A stretch of 64,000 nt of DNA from Octopus vulgaris (GCA_951406725.2 OX597816.1:181660001-181724000), one strand, 5' to 3'. Positions 27,601-41,734 are shown, counted from the first letter of the stretch. The notes: generated from the sequence alone by a model not told the origin. Made by a program: numbers and translations.

Positions 27601-27879
27601 TTTTTAGTTTCATCTCATCCACAAAACCCTCACCGACACACCAAACTCTCCTGATTTTCAACGTTTATTTTCAGATCAGCTCATTGGTCGTATTAAACTT
27701 AATTTAATTTGAGGTGCTTCACACGTAGCTCATCAGAAACAGCTTGAGGTGGAAGTGGGAGTGACTGAAAGTTTTTCTCGACCGCCACTCCGCTGCTCTA
27801 ACCACTAGGCCAGGTGCCTCCCACGCTCTAACTACTGAGCCATAAAAGAATATTTTGCGTATGAATTATTCTTTATCCT

Positions 27880-28255
27880 TTTCCTTGCTACAGTCATTGG
27901 ACTACGTTTATGTTGGAGCATCGCCTTGAAAACTGTCGTCGATCGCCCCAAGTACTTATTAAAAATGGGGTTCTAATTTTATCGTCCGTTTTTGGCGTAC
28001 CGCTAAGTTACACAGTGAGAAGCAAACACAGATACACACACACACACAAATACACACATACACATATACACACACATACACACAAGCATATACACATGCG
28101 CGCACACACACACACGCACACACACACACACACATTATACACACATGACAGGCTTGTGCACTGTTTCTGTCTGCCAGATTTACCAGGTCCGGGCTATAGT
28201 AGAAAACACTTACCCAAGGTGTCGTGTACGCGACTACGAAGCAAACCTTTTAGCT
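27880..28255 (-). mobile_element. Degenerate SINE family A
   Basis: GGAGCATCGCCTTGAA tail and GCTATAGTAGAAAACACTTACCCAAGGTG core. Confidence 0.6.
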
Positions 28256-30508
28256 GAACGTTCACGTCTGCACTTCAATATGTTGTATATTTTTATTCAC
28301 GAAAATTTAACATTCTATCTAATATTTCAAATTAAAATATTCGTGCTAGTATCTTCGGGGCTTCGTTAATCTGGTTCGCAAGTGGCAAATACGAAGATTG
28401 ATTAATGACAGCAGGGAATGAATAGCGAGAAGCCTGGCGGAGGGTACATCTATCTCACAAGACACCAGCGTGACACCAGTGCGACACCAGCATCAGAGTC
28501 TCACGAGACACCAGTGTCTTACGGGACACCAGCGTCACCAGGAAGGATGGGACCCATCCATCCATTCATTCATTCATTCATTCATTCAAAATATGTTGTC
28601 TTCACGGCACATACCAATTTGAGACGTAATCCATAAGTTGAAACCACTGACCCAGGCCATATGTATGTACCTTTCAACAACACCTTTAGGCATTCAGTGT
28701 AAGAGCTTCTGGCGGCAGTGATATATGGGAGAAATTTAAAGTTGAACGGTTCTGTTCGTTTTACATTCTCCAGTTTCAGAATTATAGACTCAGAGAACAG
28801 AATCTAATATGCATGCATGTATGTATGTATGTATGTATGTATGTATGTATGTATGTATGTATGTATGTATGTATGTATGTATGTATGTATGTACGTCTGT
28901 ATGTATATATATATATGTATGTGTATAAATGTGTGTGTGTATATATATATATATATTTGTATGTATGTATATAATGTGTGTGTGTGTTGCAGAAGCAACA
29001 TTCCTGGACATTAATATATCAGAAGTCTGATAGAGTTTGGCACAATAACAGATATTTTTATCGATTGTGCAATGACGTCTCTAGATGTTTAACTAAATTG
29101 AGATTAGCAGAAATAACAAAAATAGTAAGTGGTCCATAAGTAAGATTGATATAATGTTAAATGATGCCTTTCTTACGGGTCACTTAGTGGTTGGCCAAAT
29201 CTAAAATTTTGGAATTTCGTTGTCGACTTATGTAGATTAGATTAGCCTTCAAGCAATAATTTTAATATGGCTGGAATATATTGGCAACCTAAGTGGTCAC
29301 GCTAAAGAACACCTTGACCCGCCAGATGTCACGTGCTCATTTTAATGATTGCTGAAAATAGATTTACGGAACGAAAACAACATTGGCTGGAAACGATAAT
29401 GAAAAATATCTCTTATTTTTTATGTTTTTGTTTTTAACTCAGCGTAGGTAAACACAAATGTATGTTTGATAGGTTTGACATTTGATATAAGCGACAGTAC
29501 GGATTTTTCCCCTTGAAATTCAGTAGTAAATTTGTATCTTCACTTTCCCGTTCATGTTGTGCTGAACAAATTGTGAAGTCTGAGGGACGAGCAAATAAAA
29601 TATATCAATGAATGCGTGATTATATCCCTCCGTAGATATATGGCTGTGGACAAGATTATCGATTTGCAGATCAGTTATCGTCGATTTTATTGAACTCAGT
29701 TTTTGACTGAAAAAATTACAATGGTTTCTAAAAGAGACAAAGGGTGAGACACGATATAGAATAAATCTCTTCATGTCAGGCCATTTGTATCAAACCGATT
29801 CCGGTGCTTGGCAAGTGCTTATATTATCTTCAACAGGAGCAACTAAGATGGCGAAAAGCAATGGCTATAACAAAATAATCACCACCCAAGTGACTCCCAA
29901 CACTTTCAATCTCCTGTCCCTGACCCTTACTTCTTCCTACATGCACAAACTCAGACACACATACATAAGAAGCATGCCATTGCCCCCGTTCAAGTTGAAG
30001 TCTTCCGATTACAGCCGTGAGGATAAAGTGGCGGTGGTAAGGGGATAAAAAAGGAAGCCTAAAAAAATAATAAATAAAGGGACAAAACACAAACCCACCA
30101 ACTTCACATTCTCAAACAATGCTAAATCCATAATAACAAGTCCGTCATCACTATCACCAGCATCTTCGCAATTGGCAAAGAAAGGAAAACACACGAACGA
30201 AACAACAACGAACTCTGTAAACAGATTTTTGGCTTCCACTTGGTTGCCGCAAGTGAGCCCTATTTAAATTGAACACAGATTACAAAGTCGTGGTCAGTGA
30301 AGCTAACGGCTCCAAAATACGCCATCACTATCAACTGCCCCCAAAAGATGATCGTATCTAAGTAGGATCCGGCATATGCGGTAATTATCACGCTTAGGAC
30401 AAACGAGCAGACGTTGTTGAGCTGGTGACTCTGTTTGTTGGAGGGACCCAAGTTACGAACATTCAGATATCTAACATTAAATGCTGTCATTATAGTAGAA
30501 GAAGGAAG

Positions 30509-30848
30509 GGCGGCGAGCTGGCAGAATCGTTAGCACGCTGGACGAAATGCTTAGCGGTCTCTCGCATGTCGCTACGTTCTGAGTTCAAATTCCGCCGGGG
30601 TCGACTTTGCCTTTCATCCTAGCCAGGCTCATGGGCCCAGTTTCCCGGTTTCAATGGTGTGTGGTTCCCCAGCTGGACGGGACGCCAGTCCATCGCAGCG
30701 TTACTCATTTTTGCCAGCTGAGTGGACTGGAGCAACGTGAAATGAAGTGTTTTGCTCAAGAACACAACACGTCGCCCCGTCCAGGAATCGAAACCACAAT
30801 CTTACAATCATGATGCTGACACCCTATCCACTAAACCACGCGCCTCCA
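30509..30848. mobile_element. SINE family C head (+, 30509-30620) abutting SINE family B (-, 30620-30848)
   Basis: GGCGGCGAGCTGGCAGAATCGTTAGC...GAGTTCAAATTCCGCC, then the reverse complement of 20209-20430. Confidence 0.85.
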
Positions 30849-32492
30849 CATCCTAACAATAATCCAAACCTAAATCTTAAACCTAGCATTAACTCTACCT
30901 GTTACTATAAATCTGACTCAAACAACAAAGCGTAACTTGGAGAATTCAGTCAACTAAGAAACCAACTAACATTTATATCGACTCTTACTAAAGAGTTTCT
31001 TTTAATGGCATCGGTGCATTCTGCCTGTCTACCATCTTGTGTTCGTCTAACATTGAATACATACACATAAGTAATAAGGACCAGTTGTATACGAAGGCAG
31101 ACGACTAACGAAAGGCGAAATACTCGTCAATTGCACCATATAAAATTCATGACCAAAACAAGTACTTTCGGCTGCGTCCATGCAATTGTAAATAGATGCC
31201 ATAGAAGATGCCATAGAACAACTCTGTAATAGAGTGAAACTAACGACTGTTTCATTAGATCCGAGGGCGGAATTTCAGTCTAAACAACGCAGGCTGCTAT
31301 CAGACGAGAAGCCAGACTAAGATCATTGCATCTTTCAACAAAATATTTATTCTCACTTTTTCACTTTTTTGCTCTTATCATCTCCTCCCTCCATCCCACA
31401 TTCACTCTCACACATCTTCACTCTCACTTTCTATCTTCTTTCACTTATTGCTTCTTTACTTTCACTTTTCTTTCTTCTGCAATTTCTATTTTTTATTTTC
31501 ATCTACATTCTCTTTCTTTCAGTATTACTGACGATCTCTGCTCTTTTTTCTCGACCCTTCGCTCTTCATCTTACTTCTTCTGTATCCTTTTATCTCTTAT
31601 CTTCAAACTTATTCTTGTCTTTCTCTCCGTTTCTTCACGTCTCCTTTGTAATAATATTCTTTTAAATTTTTCTTCTTACCTGCTGTTGTCTGTTATCGTT
31701 TCTCTCTTATACTCACTTTTCATTTCTGTCTTTCTTATTTTTCTCTTCATCTTCTTTGTTTTTCCTCCTGTTTCTCTAAATAACGGCCAACAAGCTATGC
31801 AAATTTAAGAGAAGATCTCGAGAAGCCATGATACATAGCGATTTTTAAGGGAAAAACGCATAAGTAAGGAAACCATTTATTATGGTGTGATATTTTCATA
31901 GTTTAAGGACAGTACAAGGAATTAACATCGAGCTAATGAGTGATGCGAAATTTTAGTTGTAAAAACAAGTAATATATTATGTTAATTTTTATAAGTATCA
32001 AATCGTTTAATCGTAAAGCAAAATATTTATTAACAAGTACCTCCTGCTCCATAAATTATTCCGACTCTTTTAATTCCTGACAAAAAAAAAAAAAAAATAA
32101 AAAATAACTTCCTGATTTTTGTCTTTAGGAATCATAAAGATAATTTATCTTCCTTACTTGTATTTTGGAAGAAAAATAAATGGATGCAAGTGTTTTAAAA
32201 AATTGTCACTTTTTAACTTTTTACTTCATCAGAAGAAGGTCAGCACTTGTGATATTTTCTCGTCGACTCCGATATTAGTGAGGCGGATAGAGAAGAGAAA
32301 TCCACAACTCATAGATTATTGTAGAAGGGAGGAAGCGTGGTGTCAAAATGTCGAGTTATCCTAGGTCTTATGGAAGACCTAATCTGAGTTTTGCAACAGA
32401 GGACTCCCTACTAGATAATACTGACGGTTTCAAGATTTCCTTCCAAGTAAAATTATTCATATTACCATTGGTCAATGTAAGAATAGTTATTA

Positions 32493-32698
32493 GGGCGGCG
32501 AGCTGGCAGAATCGTTTGCGCGCCGGGCAAAATGCTTAGCGGCACTTCATCCGTCTTCACGTTTTGAGTTCAAATCCCGCTGCGGTCGATTTCAATTTTT
32601 CATCCTTTCAGGTTCGATAAAATAAGTACCAGTTGAGCAACAGAATCGATGTAATTTCCCTCGAAATTGCTGGCCTTGTGCCAAAATTTGAAAGCAAT
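32493..32698 (+). mobile_element. SINE family C
   Basis: GGCGGCGAGCTGGCAGAATCG head; CATCCTTTC...GATAAAATAAGTACCAGTT core. Confidence 0.8.
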
Positions 32699-33599
32699 AT
32701 AAGAATAGTTGTTTCCGGAGTGTACTGCAGTTTCTTTCACCAGAACGTCAACGATATTCTGTGAAGTACTTAATATTGATAATCGGTTAAAATGCACCGA
32801 CATGGATATCGAGATTTGGTAATCTTCTATTGCGCCATTTAACGTGTATGGCTTCCATGTAGTCGCCCACTTAACCCGTTTGAAATAGCAGCCAAATCTC
32901 CCACAAATTACACGCTACCGACTTGAAATAAGAATGTCACACTAAATGACGTAGTCCTAGATACACAATGTTTGAGAGAAAGACAAAATGTTCGTGGTTA
33001 GAACAGCCTCTCATCATAGGTCTTCTCAGTCAGCGCTGAACGACAACAACAGCACACCAGTAGCAACAACAACAACGACGATTCAACCAATTGACGACGT
33101 CGACGACTACCACGGCGACCTCTGCTAGCAATAAACGTCAACATGCTAAATGGAAAATGAATGTTAAACGGAAAACTATGCTAATCATGAATATTCATTG
33201 TTTAAATTGACTGATAATTAGCTACGATTGAATGAAAGAAATGCCGTTGTTTATAATTCAGTAAAACTAGCGAGACTCCTGCGGCTTTTACGAAAATTCG
33301 AGATTTTATTGATAAACAAAGAAAATTGACATGGCTTTTTAACACTTACAACACAAAAAGCTTCCGTTTTATCGAGATTGCTTCAGATGCACACAATTGT
33401 CTGAAAGATATTCGACAAAAAAATAACCTGAAATATAAATATCTGAGACAGATAACCTGATCTGTTCCAACCTAAAAACAAACTCCAACGCGGTAGAAAC
33501 AATATCTGGAGGTAAATCAAGACATCGAATTTGACAACAAACGCAGTTTTCTGTTTTGTTTTGTTTTGTTTTTGCTTTCGGTTTTGAATCTTTATTAAA

Positions 33600-34452
33600 T
33601 CTCTTATTTGCTTCAATCACTGGAGTGCAGCCAGGTTGCAACACCTCCATGTAAGGTTAGTCGTAGAAATCGATCCCAAGACTTATTTTAAACCAGATAC
33701 GCACACACACGCACACACACGCACACACACACGCACACACGCACACACACACACACATACACACACACACACACACAGAAGACGAGCTCCTCACAGTTTA
33801 CGTCAAAGAAATTCACTCATAGGGTATTTTGATCGGGACGAGGCTATAGCAGAAGACACTTGCTCAAAGTGACACATAGTGGAACTGACCCTGAAACCAC
33901 CTGGTTGCGAAGAAAACCTGTTAACCAAACAACCATATATGCACCTATAAAAAATGGAATGAGTTGTGTATGCCGTGAAGAGACAAGACAATTTTTTCAC
34001 ATATCGTTAGAGCTCTTCTGAAGGGGGAGAAACGAAAAATGTGTGGCGTGTTACAAGACTTGTTCAAAAATTAATAGATTGAACGGTTTATTGTTGAAGA
34101 ATATTCTTTCTTCTATAGACACAAGGCCTGAAATTTTGAAGGAGTAGCAGATTACATCGACCCCAGAGTGCAACTGGTACTTATTTTATCGATCTCGAAA
34201 GGATGAAAGGAAAAGTTTTGCCAGCTTGCCACCATACTGATGGAGAATATCGGTGTCAAATTTTGGCACAAGTCTAGGAATTTTAGGGAAGGGTGCTAGT
34301 CGATTACAACTGGTACTTAATTTATCGACTTCCGAAAGGATGAAAGACAAAGTCGACCTCGGCGGAATTTGAACCTAGAATGTACAGACAGATGAAATGT
34401 CACCAAGCATTTTTCCGGCGTGCTACCAATTCTGCCAGCCTCTCTCTGCCTT
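33600..34452 (-). mobile_element. Degenerate SINE A (33600-33945) and two SINE C copies (34115-34215, 34255-34452)
   Basis: Shared family motifs GCTATAGCAGAAGACACTTGC and GAAAGGATGAAAG...GTCGACCTCGGCGGAATTTGAAC. Confidence 0.7.
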
Positions 34453-35484
34453 ACTGATGGAGAATATCAAATAATATAAACTACCACCAGTGTCTTTCAA
34501 GTTCAGATTTACTTAAGTGTACAAATTTGCTTGTTTGCTTGCTTGAGCCATCAATTTCTGACGGAGTTGTAGGTATGCTGTTGTGACATTCTGAACACTG
34601 AATACTTGTCTTCAGCTGCCGCGGCTGCGTGCTTCAGCTTGCGTTTCTGCTAATAACTTACTAGTCTGTTCCATCGTGTTGTTCGTCCATTTTTCTTCTC
34701 TTCACCGTTATGAGAAAATATTTATGATGGTCAAAGGTGATCCTGGATAGTTTAGCGGATTTAATCTTTTGTGATGCAGTCCAAGTACGAGATGACCAAG
34801 ATGTTTCAATTTCTGTATATCGTGGTGAAAAATTAATTACAACTCAATAAAAATATTTAAAAATTGCTTTTTACGTTTGTGCAACAAAATTTAACATTAA
34901 CATGTCAAGTAAAGAGGATCGCAATGAGGTTGGTCACAGTTAAGTTGCTACGATATTTGTTCAAGATGAAAGAAACCGTGCAACACTGTCACAAGTCTGT
35001 TGAATAAGATTAGTGGTCAAAGGTCATAAGACAGCCAGAAAAAAGATAGTGTAGACCTATGTATATATATGTACATATCTATCTATCTATAACACAGACA
35101 CACACACACACATACACACACGCACACAGATTTTATACTTACATATTTTATACTTATTTATTCGTGGGTTAACAAAGCTACCAATGGTTTCATGTAAAAA
35201 GAAATCTCTCAACGATTATCAAGCCTGCCACATTGGAACGGTGGTACTCGTCTCCATCTGGGATGAGAATACACAATGCTACACGAGACCATACGAGATT
35301 TGCTTTGGGATAAATAAATAAATAAATAAATAAATATACAATTCATACGAGGTAATTTATAGGAGTTTCGCGTAATCCGGACCACAGAACCGAGATACGC
35401 GGTTTTCTCGGGTACCTTGAACTATTGATGACCCAATGGGTCAGGAGTAGTCTAGTATATTATATATATCATATATATCTTTTA

Positions 35485-35710
35485 TCTTTACTTGTTTCAG
35501 TGATTGGATTGCAGCCATGCTGGAGCACCGCCTTGAAAGGTTTTAGTCGAACGAATCAACTCCAGTATTTGTTGCTTTCTTTTTTTGTTTTTAAGCCTGG
35601 CACTTAGTCTATCGGTAAATTTTGCCGAACTGCTCGGTTGCGAGGACGTAAACAAACTAACACCAATTATCAAACAGTGGTGGAGGACAAACACAAACAC
35701 AAAGACACAC
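35485..35710 (-). mobile_element. SINE family A 3' half
   Basis: CTTGTTTCAGT...CCATGCTGGAGCACCGCC. Confidence 0.75.
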
Positions 35711-35739
35711 ATCTATCTATCTATCTATCTACCTATCTA

Positions 35740-36310
<571 letters not shown>

Positions 36311-36683
36311 GGTTATAAAATGAGATAGGGGTTGAAAATTCAACCCACCATGGGATAATATATATCCAATATACTGCTAGATAGGTACCCAACAAAAATA
36401 ATACATAGATGTTAAAAATTGTCAAGCAATCAGTTCATCTATTGTATTAAATGGGTAAAGTTAATAATATTACCGTAAATTAATACTACAAAATTAGAGA
36501 ATGGAGAAACATACTTAAATCAGTAAAACATCAACTATCCGATGATACTCAATCCATATTTTAATACACCATTACATATGAGTAAAGGCAATATATAAAA
36601 TGAAATGAGATATACAGTAATAGTAAAAGTAAAAAGATAAAGAGATATAAGTAAAAATTTCAAATATAATATGCAAATAAATC

Positions 36684-36799
36684 AAAACTGACAGCTGTTT
36701 CGGCAGTGAGGACAGTCATACCTCATTTAACCTATAAGCCATAAAGGCAGGTATAAATGAGGCATTAACAAGGATGCCCCACGGCCTCTTCAGAGAATT
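36684..36799 (-). ncRNA. Type I hammerhead ribozyme (left arm)
   Basis: Reverse complement of 37711-37826. Confidence 0.7.
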
Positions 36800-37133
36800 A
36801 AATTAAATTTGTTATAATAGTGAAAAATATTATATAATCATATACATATAAATATAAAAATATAAAAATGTAAAATATAAAAACTTATATATCATAATGC
36901 TACACTTATATAATATAATACACATTTGTACAAAAAGGAAGGTAAACAGAACAATATAAAACAAAATATATAACAGTGTATATATTAATATTAATAAGTA
37001 CCGATATTATACATATTTGGCTAATAGTTTTTTTTATAAAAAAAGGCTAACACATATGGAGATGAAAAATAATAATTAAATCCGTGGTACAGTTCATAAA
37101 ATTCTAAAGCTATAAAAGTTAATAAAAATTACT

Positions 37134-37186
<53 letters not shown>

Positions 37187-37329
37187 TAATAATAATAAAA
37201 ATACTAAAAATAGATACAGTTAAGTTAGCACCAAGTCCATCCTTTCAAGATCGAAATATTCGATCTTGAAAGGATGGACTTGGTGCTAACTTAACTGTAT
37301 CTATTTTTAGTATTTTTTTATTATTATTA

Positions 37330-37376
<47 letters not shown>

Positions 37377-37710
37377 AGTAATTTTTATTAACTTTTATAG
37401 CTTTAGAATTTTATGAACTGTACCACGGATTTAATTATTATTTTTCATCTCCATATGTGTTAGCCTTTTTTTATAAAAAAAACTATTAGCCAAATATGTA
37501 TAATATCGGTACTTATTAATATTAATATATACACTGTTATATATTTTGTTTTATATTGTTCTGTTTACCTTCCTTTTTGTACAAATGTGTATTATATTAT
37601 ATAAGTGTAGCATTATGATATATAAGTTTTTATATTTTACATTTTTATATTTTTATATTTATATGTATATGATTATATAATATTTTTCACTATTATAACA
37701 AATTTAATTT

Positions 37711-37826
37711 AATTCTCTGAAGAGGCCGTGGGGCATCCTTGTTAATGCCTCATTTATACCTGCCTTTATGGCTTATAGGTTAAATGAGGTATGACTGTCC
37801 TCACTGCCGAAACAGCTGTCAGTTTT
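37711..37826 (+). ncRNA. Type I hammerhead ribozyme with long stem II (right arm)
   Basis: CUGAAGA 37717-23, G-C closed ~85-nt stem II, GAAA 37809-12, palindromic stem III ACAGCUGU, GUC site 37818-20; stem I weak. Confidence 0.7.
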
Positions 37827-38024
37827 GATTTATTTGCATATTATATTTGAAATTTTTACTTATATCTCTTTATCTTTTTACTTTTACTATTACTGTATAT
37901 CTCATTTCATTTTATATATTGCCTTTACTCATATGTAATGGTGTATTAAAGTATGGATTGAGTATCATCGGATAGTTGATGTTTTACTGATTTAAGTATG
38001 TTTCTCCATTCTCTAATTTTGTAG

Positions 38025-38061
<37 letters not shown>

Positions 38062-38751
38062 ACTCACATACACACATACACTTACACGCAAGCCCCCACA
38101 CACACATATATACGTGTGTGTGTGTGTAACTGCACATATTTTGTATTTATATTTATAAATCTGGACGTTCACGAACGTTCTCGCGTAAAATGAATTAATC
38201 AATCTGTGGTACCTTACTTTCAAAGCATTTTCCCCATTACACGCCGGTTTGGTTACTTATAAAAGGCACCCGAAAAAACCCCCGTGTATCTCGGTAACCT
38301 GTGCGCCGATTTACGCAAAACTTGTTTTATTTCGCTTGTATTCACGTGAGCATCCGATTCATGACGTCACATGTTTTTGTCTCTTTCACTCTGTTTCGCC
38401 AGACGTTCAGCTCTTCAAGTGTCCCATTCCTGATCTCTTCTACGTCTCTCTCTTTTCCTCTGTTCTGTCAGACGCTCAATCCTTGTTTTATCAGTCTCAT
38501 CGTATGCCTGTCCTCATCTCGGCTAAATATTTCGTAAAGGACACGTTTGTATTTCAGTGTGAAATCATTTGTTTCACAGGCTTTTTCGAATGCATTCAAC
38601 GTATCTCACCTCCAACGGAGTTTTGTATCGTAGGTATTTTTTCCAGGTTATTTCGTATGCTTTCAACAACTGTGACATCAATGTCACGCGTAAACGGTCA
38701 CTGACGGTTCAAGTTATAAAAACATTGAAGCTGAATTCAACATTGTATTGA

Positions 38752-39140
38752 ACTCTTTTACTCTTTTACTTGTTTCAGTCATTTGACTGTGGCCATGCTG
38801 GAGCACCGTCTTTAGTCGAGCAAGTTGACCCCAGGACTTATTCTTTGTAAGCCTAGTACTTATTCTATCGGTCTCTTTTGCCGAACCGCTAAGTTACGGG
38901 GACGTAAACACACCAGCATCGGTTGTCAAGCGATGTTGGGAGGACAAACACAGACACACAAACATATACACACACATACATATATATATATACGACGGGC
39001 TTCTTTCAGTTTCCGTCTACCAAATTCACTCACAAGGCTTTGATCCACCCGAGGCTATAGTAGAAGAGGTGCCACGTAGTGGGACTGAACCCGGAACCAT
39101 GTGTTTGGTAAGCAAACTACTTACTACACAGCCACTCCTA
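38752..39140 (-). mobile_element. SINE family A
   Basis: Reverse-complement match to 35865-36272. Confidence 0.9.
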
Positions 39141-39165
39141 CTGAAGGAAATCATTCCTACTTGAA

Positions 39166-39840
39166 TTAGTTTTGCCTTTCCCTTTCACGTTCTGACGTCA
39201 GAAGGAATATTTTCTCATTTTGACGCTGTTGCAGTTTGCTCGAGAGAAAGCTTTTAATAACAACATTCTTAGTTGACTGGGTATCCTTCAAAAACACTCT
39301 GACATTCTCCTTTCGTCTTCCGCGACTAAGAGCCACATACAGTTGACCGTGTTGAATTACAGGTCGTTCCACTTCAATCAAGACGTTGTCCATAGTTTGT
39401 CCTTGTGCTTTATGAATTGTCATAGCGAAGCATGATTGAACTGGGAATTGGCTTCGCTGCAAAGGGATATCCTCACCTTCGGAGAGATTCATTGTTATTC
39501 TTGGTATCGTAGTGATTTCATTTCTGAAAGCGGTTCTGTTGATTCTCGCTACTTTGAGATTGTCGAGCAGTTCTTCCACGATTATACGCATCCCATTACA
39601 AAGGCTTGGAAGATTCAAGTTTCTCATTAGAATTATGGGAGATCCTTTTTTTTATTTCAATTGCAGCTGGAATTCAGTCGGGAAATGAGTGGCATTGGCA
39701 CCATCACTTATAGGATCGGTACTCTTTTATGATTCCAGGGAAGCGTCTGATACAGGTGAAACCGATACTTCTCAACATTTGATTGAGAGGTACTAAGATG
39801 CAATTGTTCGAAAACACTTCACCTGGATTGTCGATTCCCA
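39166..39840 (-). mobile_element. Helitron Rep/Hel PIF1-like helicase C-terminal fragment
   Basis: RNLNLPSLCNGMR, IPRI, QFPVQSCFAMTIHKAQGQT, HGQLYVALSR. Confidence 0.9.
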
Positions 39841-40372
39841 CCAACGGAGTTTTATTTCGTGTTTTTTTCTTCTTTTCCCGGTTATTTTGCATGCTTTCAA
39901 CGAATCACGTGTAATCGAAATCACGCGTAAACAGCTCCTATCCCCAGAAAAAGAAAAATTTGGCTGCTATTTCTTGCACACCCTGCTACAACGTAACAGC
40001 TATTTCGGGTCCTTTATCGCATGTACCTGCTACTTGGCAACAGGGCGTGCTAGAAATAGCAGCCGAATCTTTGGAGGTGAGATACGTTGAATTCACTCGG
40101 AAAAACTTATGGAAAAAATTATTTCACACCGAGGTTACGAACGGGTCTTTTACAAAATATTTACCGCTTTTAAAGTAATTTTCTCTTTAAAATATTTTTT
40201 AAATATGCCACCCAAAATTTTTGTAATTGTATTCACTTGAAAATAATTTTTCAAAAGATTAAAACATTCATGCGACTGAGTCAAATACCGATTTGGAGAT
40301 TTCGTGGCTCTTCATAAGATTCATGAAGTCTCTCATGTACCTTGTGAGACATAGTTTAGAACAATTAATAAA

Positions 40373-40660
40373 CAGTTCTATATTTAAGAGATGAAGAATT
40401 ATATACATTATTTACATTATTTACATTCGACGGATATTTGGCCTACGGGCTACCAACTCCAAGATTCCGAGTTCGATTCCAAGCAGTGACAATAATGATA
40501 ATGATAATAATAATAATAACATCGAAAAATACCTTAGGAATGAGAACCCAGGTTCGAAATTTCCCCAAGACACCTGAAGAAGGCTGGTGGGTATATCAGC
40601 CGAAACGTTAACAACAAACAAGATGAAGACAAATATCCGTCGAATGTAAATAATGTAAAT
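40373..40660 (+). mobile_element. Short Penelope-like unit with ~30-bp inverted ends and a minimal hammerhead at 40569-40612
   Basis: ATTTACATTATTTACATTCGACGGATATTTG / CAAATATCCGTCGAATGTAAATAATGTAAAT; CUGAAGA-A-GGCUG...CAGCC-GAAAC-GUU. Confidence 0.6.
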
Positions 40661-40903
40661 TAATTAACAAACTATAAATGATGTTGTTTAGCCTACGATC
40701 ATAGGAGCCCCTACATCAGTTCTGACTGAGGTGATCTATTACAAACGTTCCCCTGCGTTACTCTTTTGACATTCTGTAACGAACTTATCTCCAAAAAATA
40801 AATCGAAGTTACCTTAATAAGTAATACTAAGCTTCTAGACTCATCAAATGACTCCAGAACATTGTCTTGTATTACTTCAATTATATTGATAGAATCAAAC
40901 GTA

Positions 40904-41288
40904 TCTCTCTATATATAAACGGCAGTTTGTCTGTGCGTGTTTCTGTGTGTCTGTTTGGTTGTACCCTCACCCTGACCACGGCTTTCAACCGATTCTGATG
41001 AAACTTGACACACACATAGCCCAATGTCATAATTCAAAACGAACGCAGCGAAAATTTTGAAAAGTTCCCCCAGTTCTGAAAAATATCGATAAATTCGACA
41101 TGGGGTCGAGAATCAGAAACACAAACCACAGACTATCTAGGGGACGCAACTCCACCTTTTTAACTCTCAAAAAAAAATTTACCATAATTTTTTTTCCATT
41201 TTTTTGCTATTTTTTGGCTATAACTCTCTAAAAATGCTTTATAGTTATTTCCCTTACAAACCCGAGCAACGCCGGGTGATACTGCTAG
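40904..41288 (+). mobile_element. Non-autonomous Helitron
   Basis: A|TC start, hairpin CCCG-AGCAACGC-CGGG, CTAG|T end. Confidence 0.8.
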
Positions 41289-41477
41289 TTATTAATAAAT
41301 GTGACAAGCTTGTCATTTGGGGATAAAATTCCAGCCAATGCACATTGCGTTTCAGCAACTGTCAAACCTGATTATTTGTGCTTTTCTTTCTTTTCTGAGA
41401 AGGGTTCTAGAACAAGATATTTTGTTAAAATAGTCTTCGTTGCTTCGTATCATTTTCAACTATAAAAAAAATATAAT

Positions 41478-41630
41478 GGCTGGTGCGTTGTTGAGAAACT
41501 CGCTTTGCAGCCACATAATTTCAGTTTCAGTCCCACTGCGCCGCATCTTGGACAAGTGTCCTCTACTATAGCACCGGGCCTTGTGAGTGAATTCGGTGGA
41601 CGGAATCTGTATGGAAATCCGTCATGCGTA
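41478..41630 (+). mobile_element. Degenerate SINE family A head
   Basis: TTCAGTCCCACTGCG...CAAGTGTCCTCTACTATAGC. Confidence 0.65.
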
Positions 41631-41734
41631 TATATGTGTGTGTGTGTGAGAGAGAGAGAGAAAGAGGGAGAGGGAAGGAGATAGAGAAAGAGAGAGGGGA
41701 GATAGAGAAACAGAGAGAGGGAGGGAGATAGAAA

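Larger units (their letters stand above)
36483..38027. repeat. ~1.55-kb near-perfect palindrome (arms ~770 bp, 3-nt spacer at 37256-37258); Penelope-like inverted pLTRs
   Basis: Arms are reverse complements apart from a few substitutions and (TAA)n length; centre CAAGATCGAA-ata-TTCGATCTTG. Confidence 0.95.

Noticed and set aside
31326-31808. 160-aa hydrophobic ORF as a membrane protein
   Set aside because: Pyrimidine-rich low-complexity tract with a non-ATG start and no family motif; the opposite strand has stops
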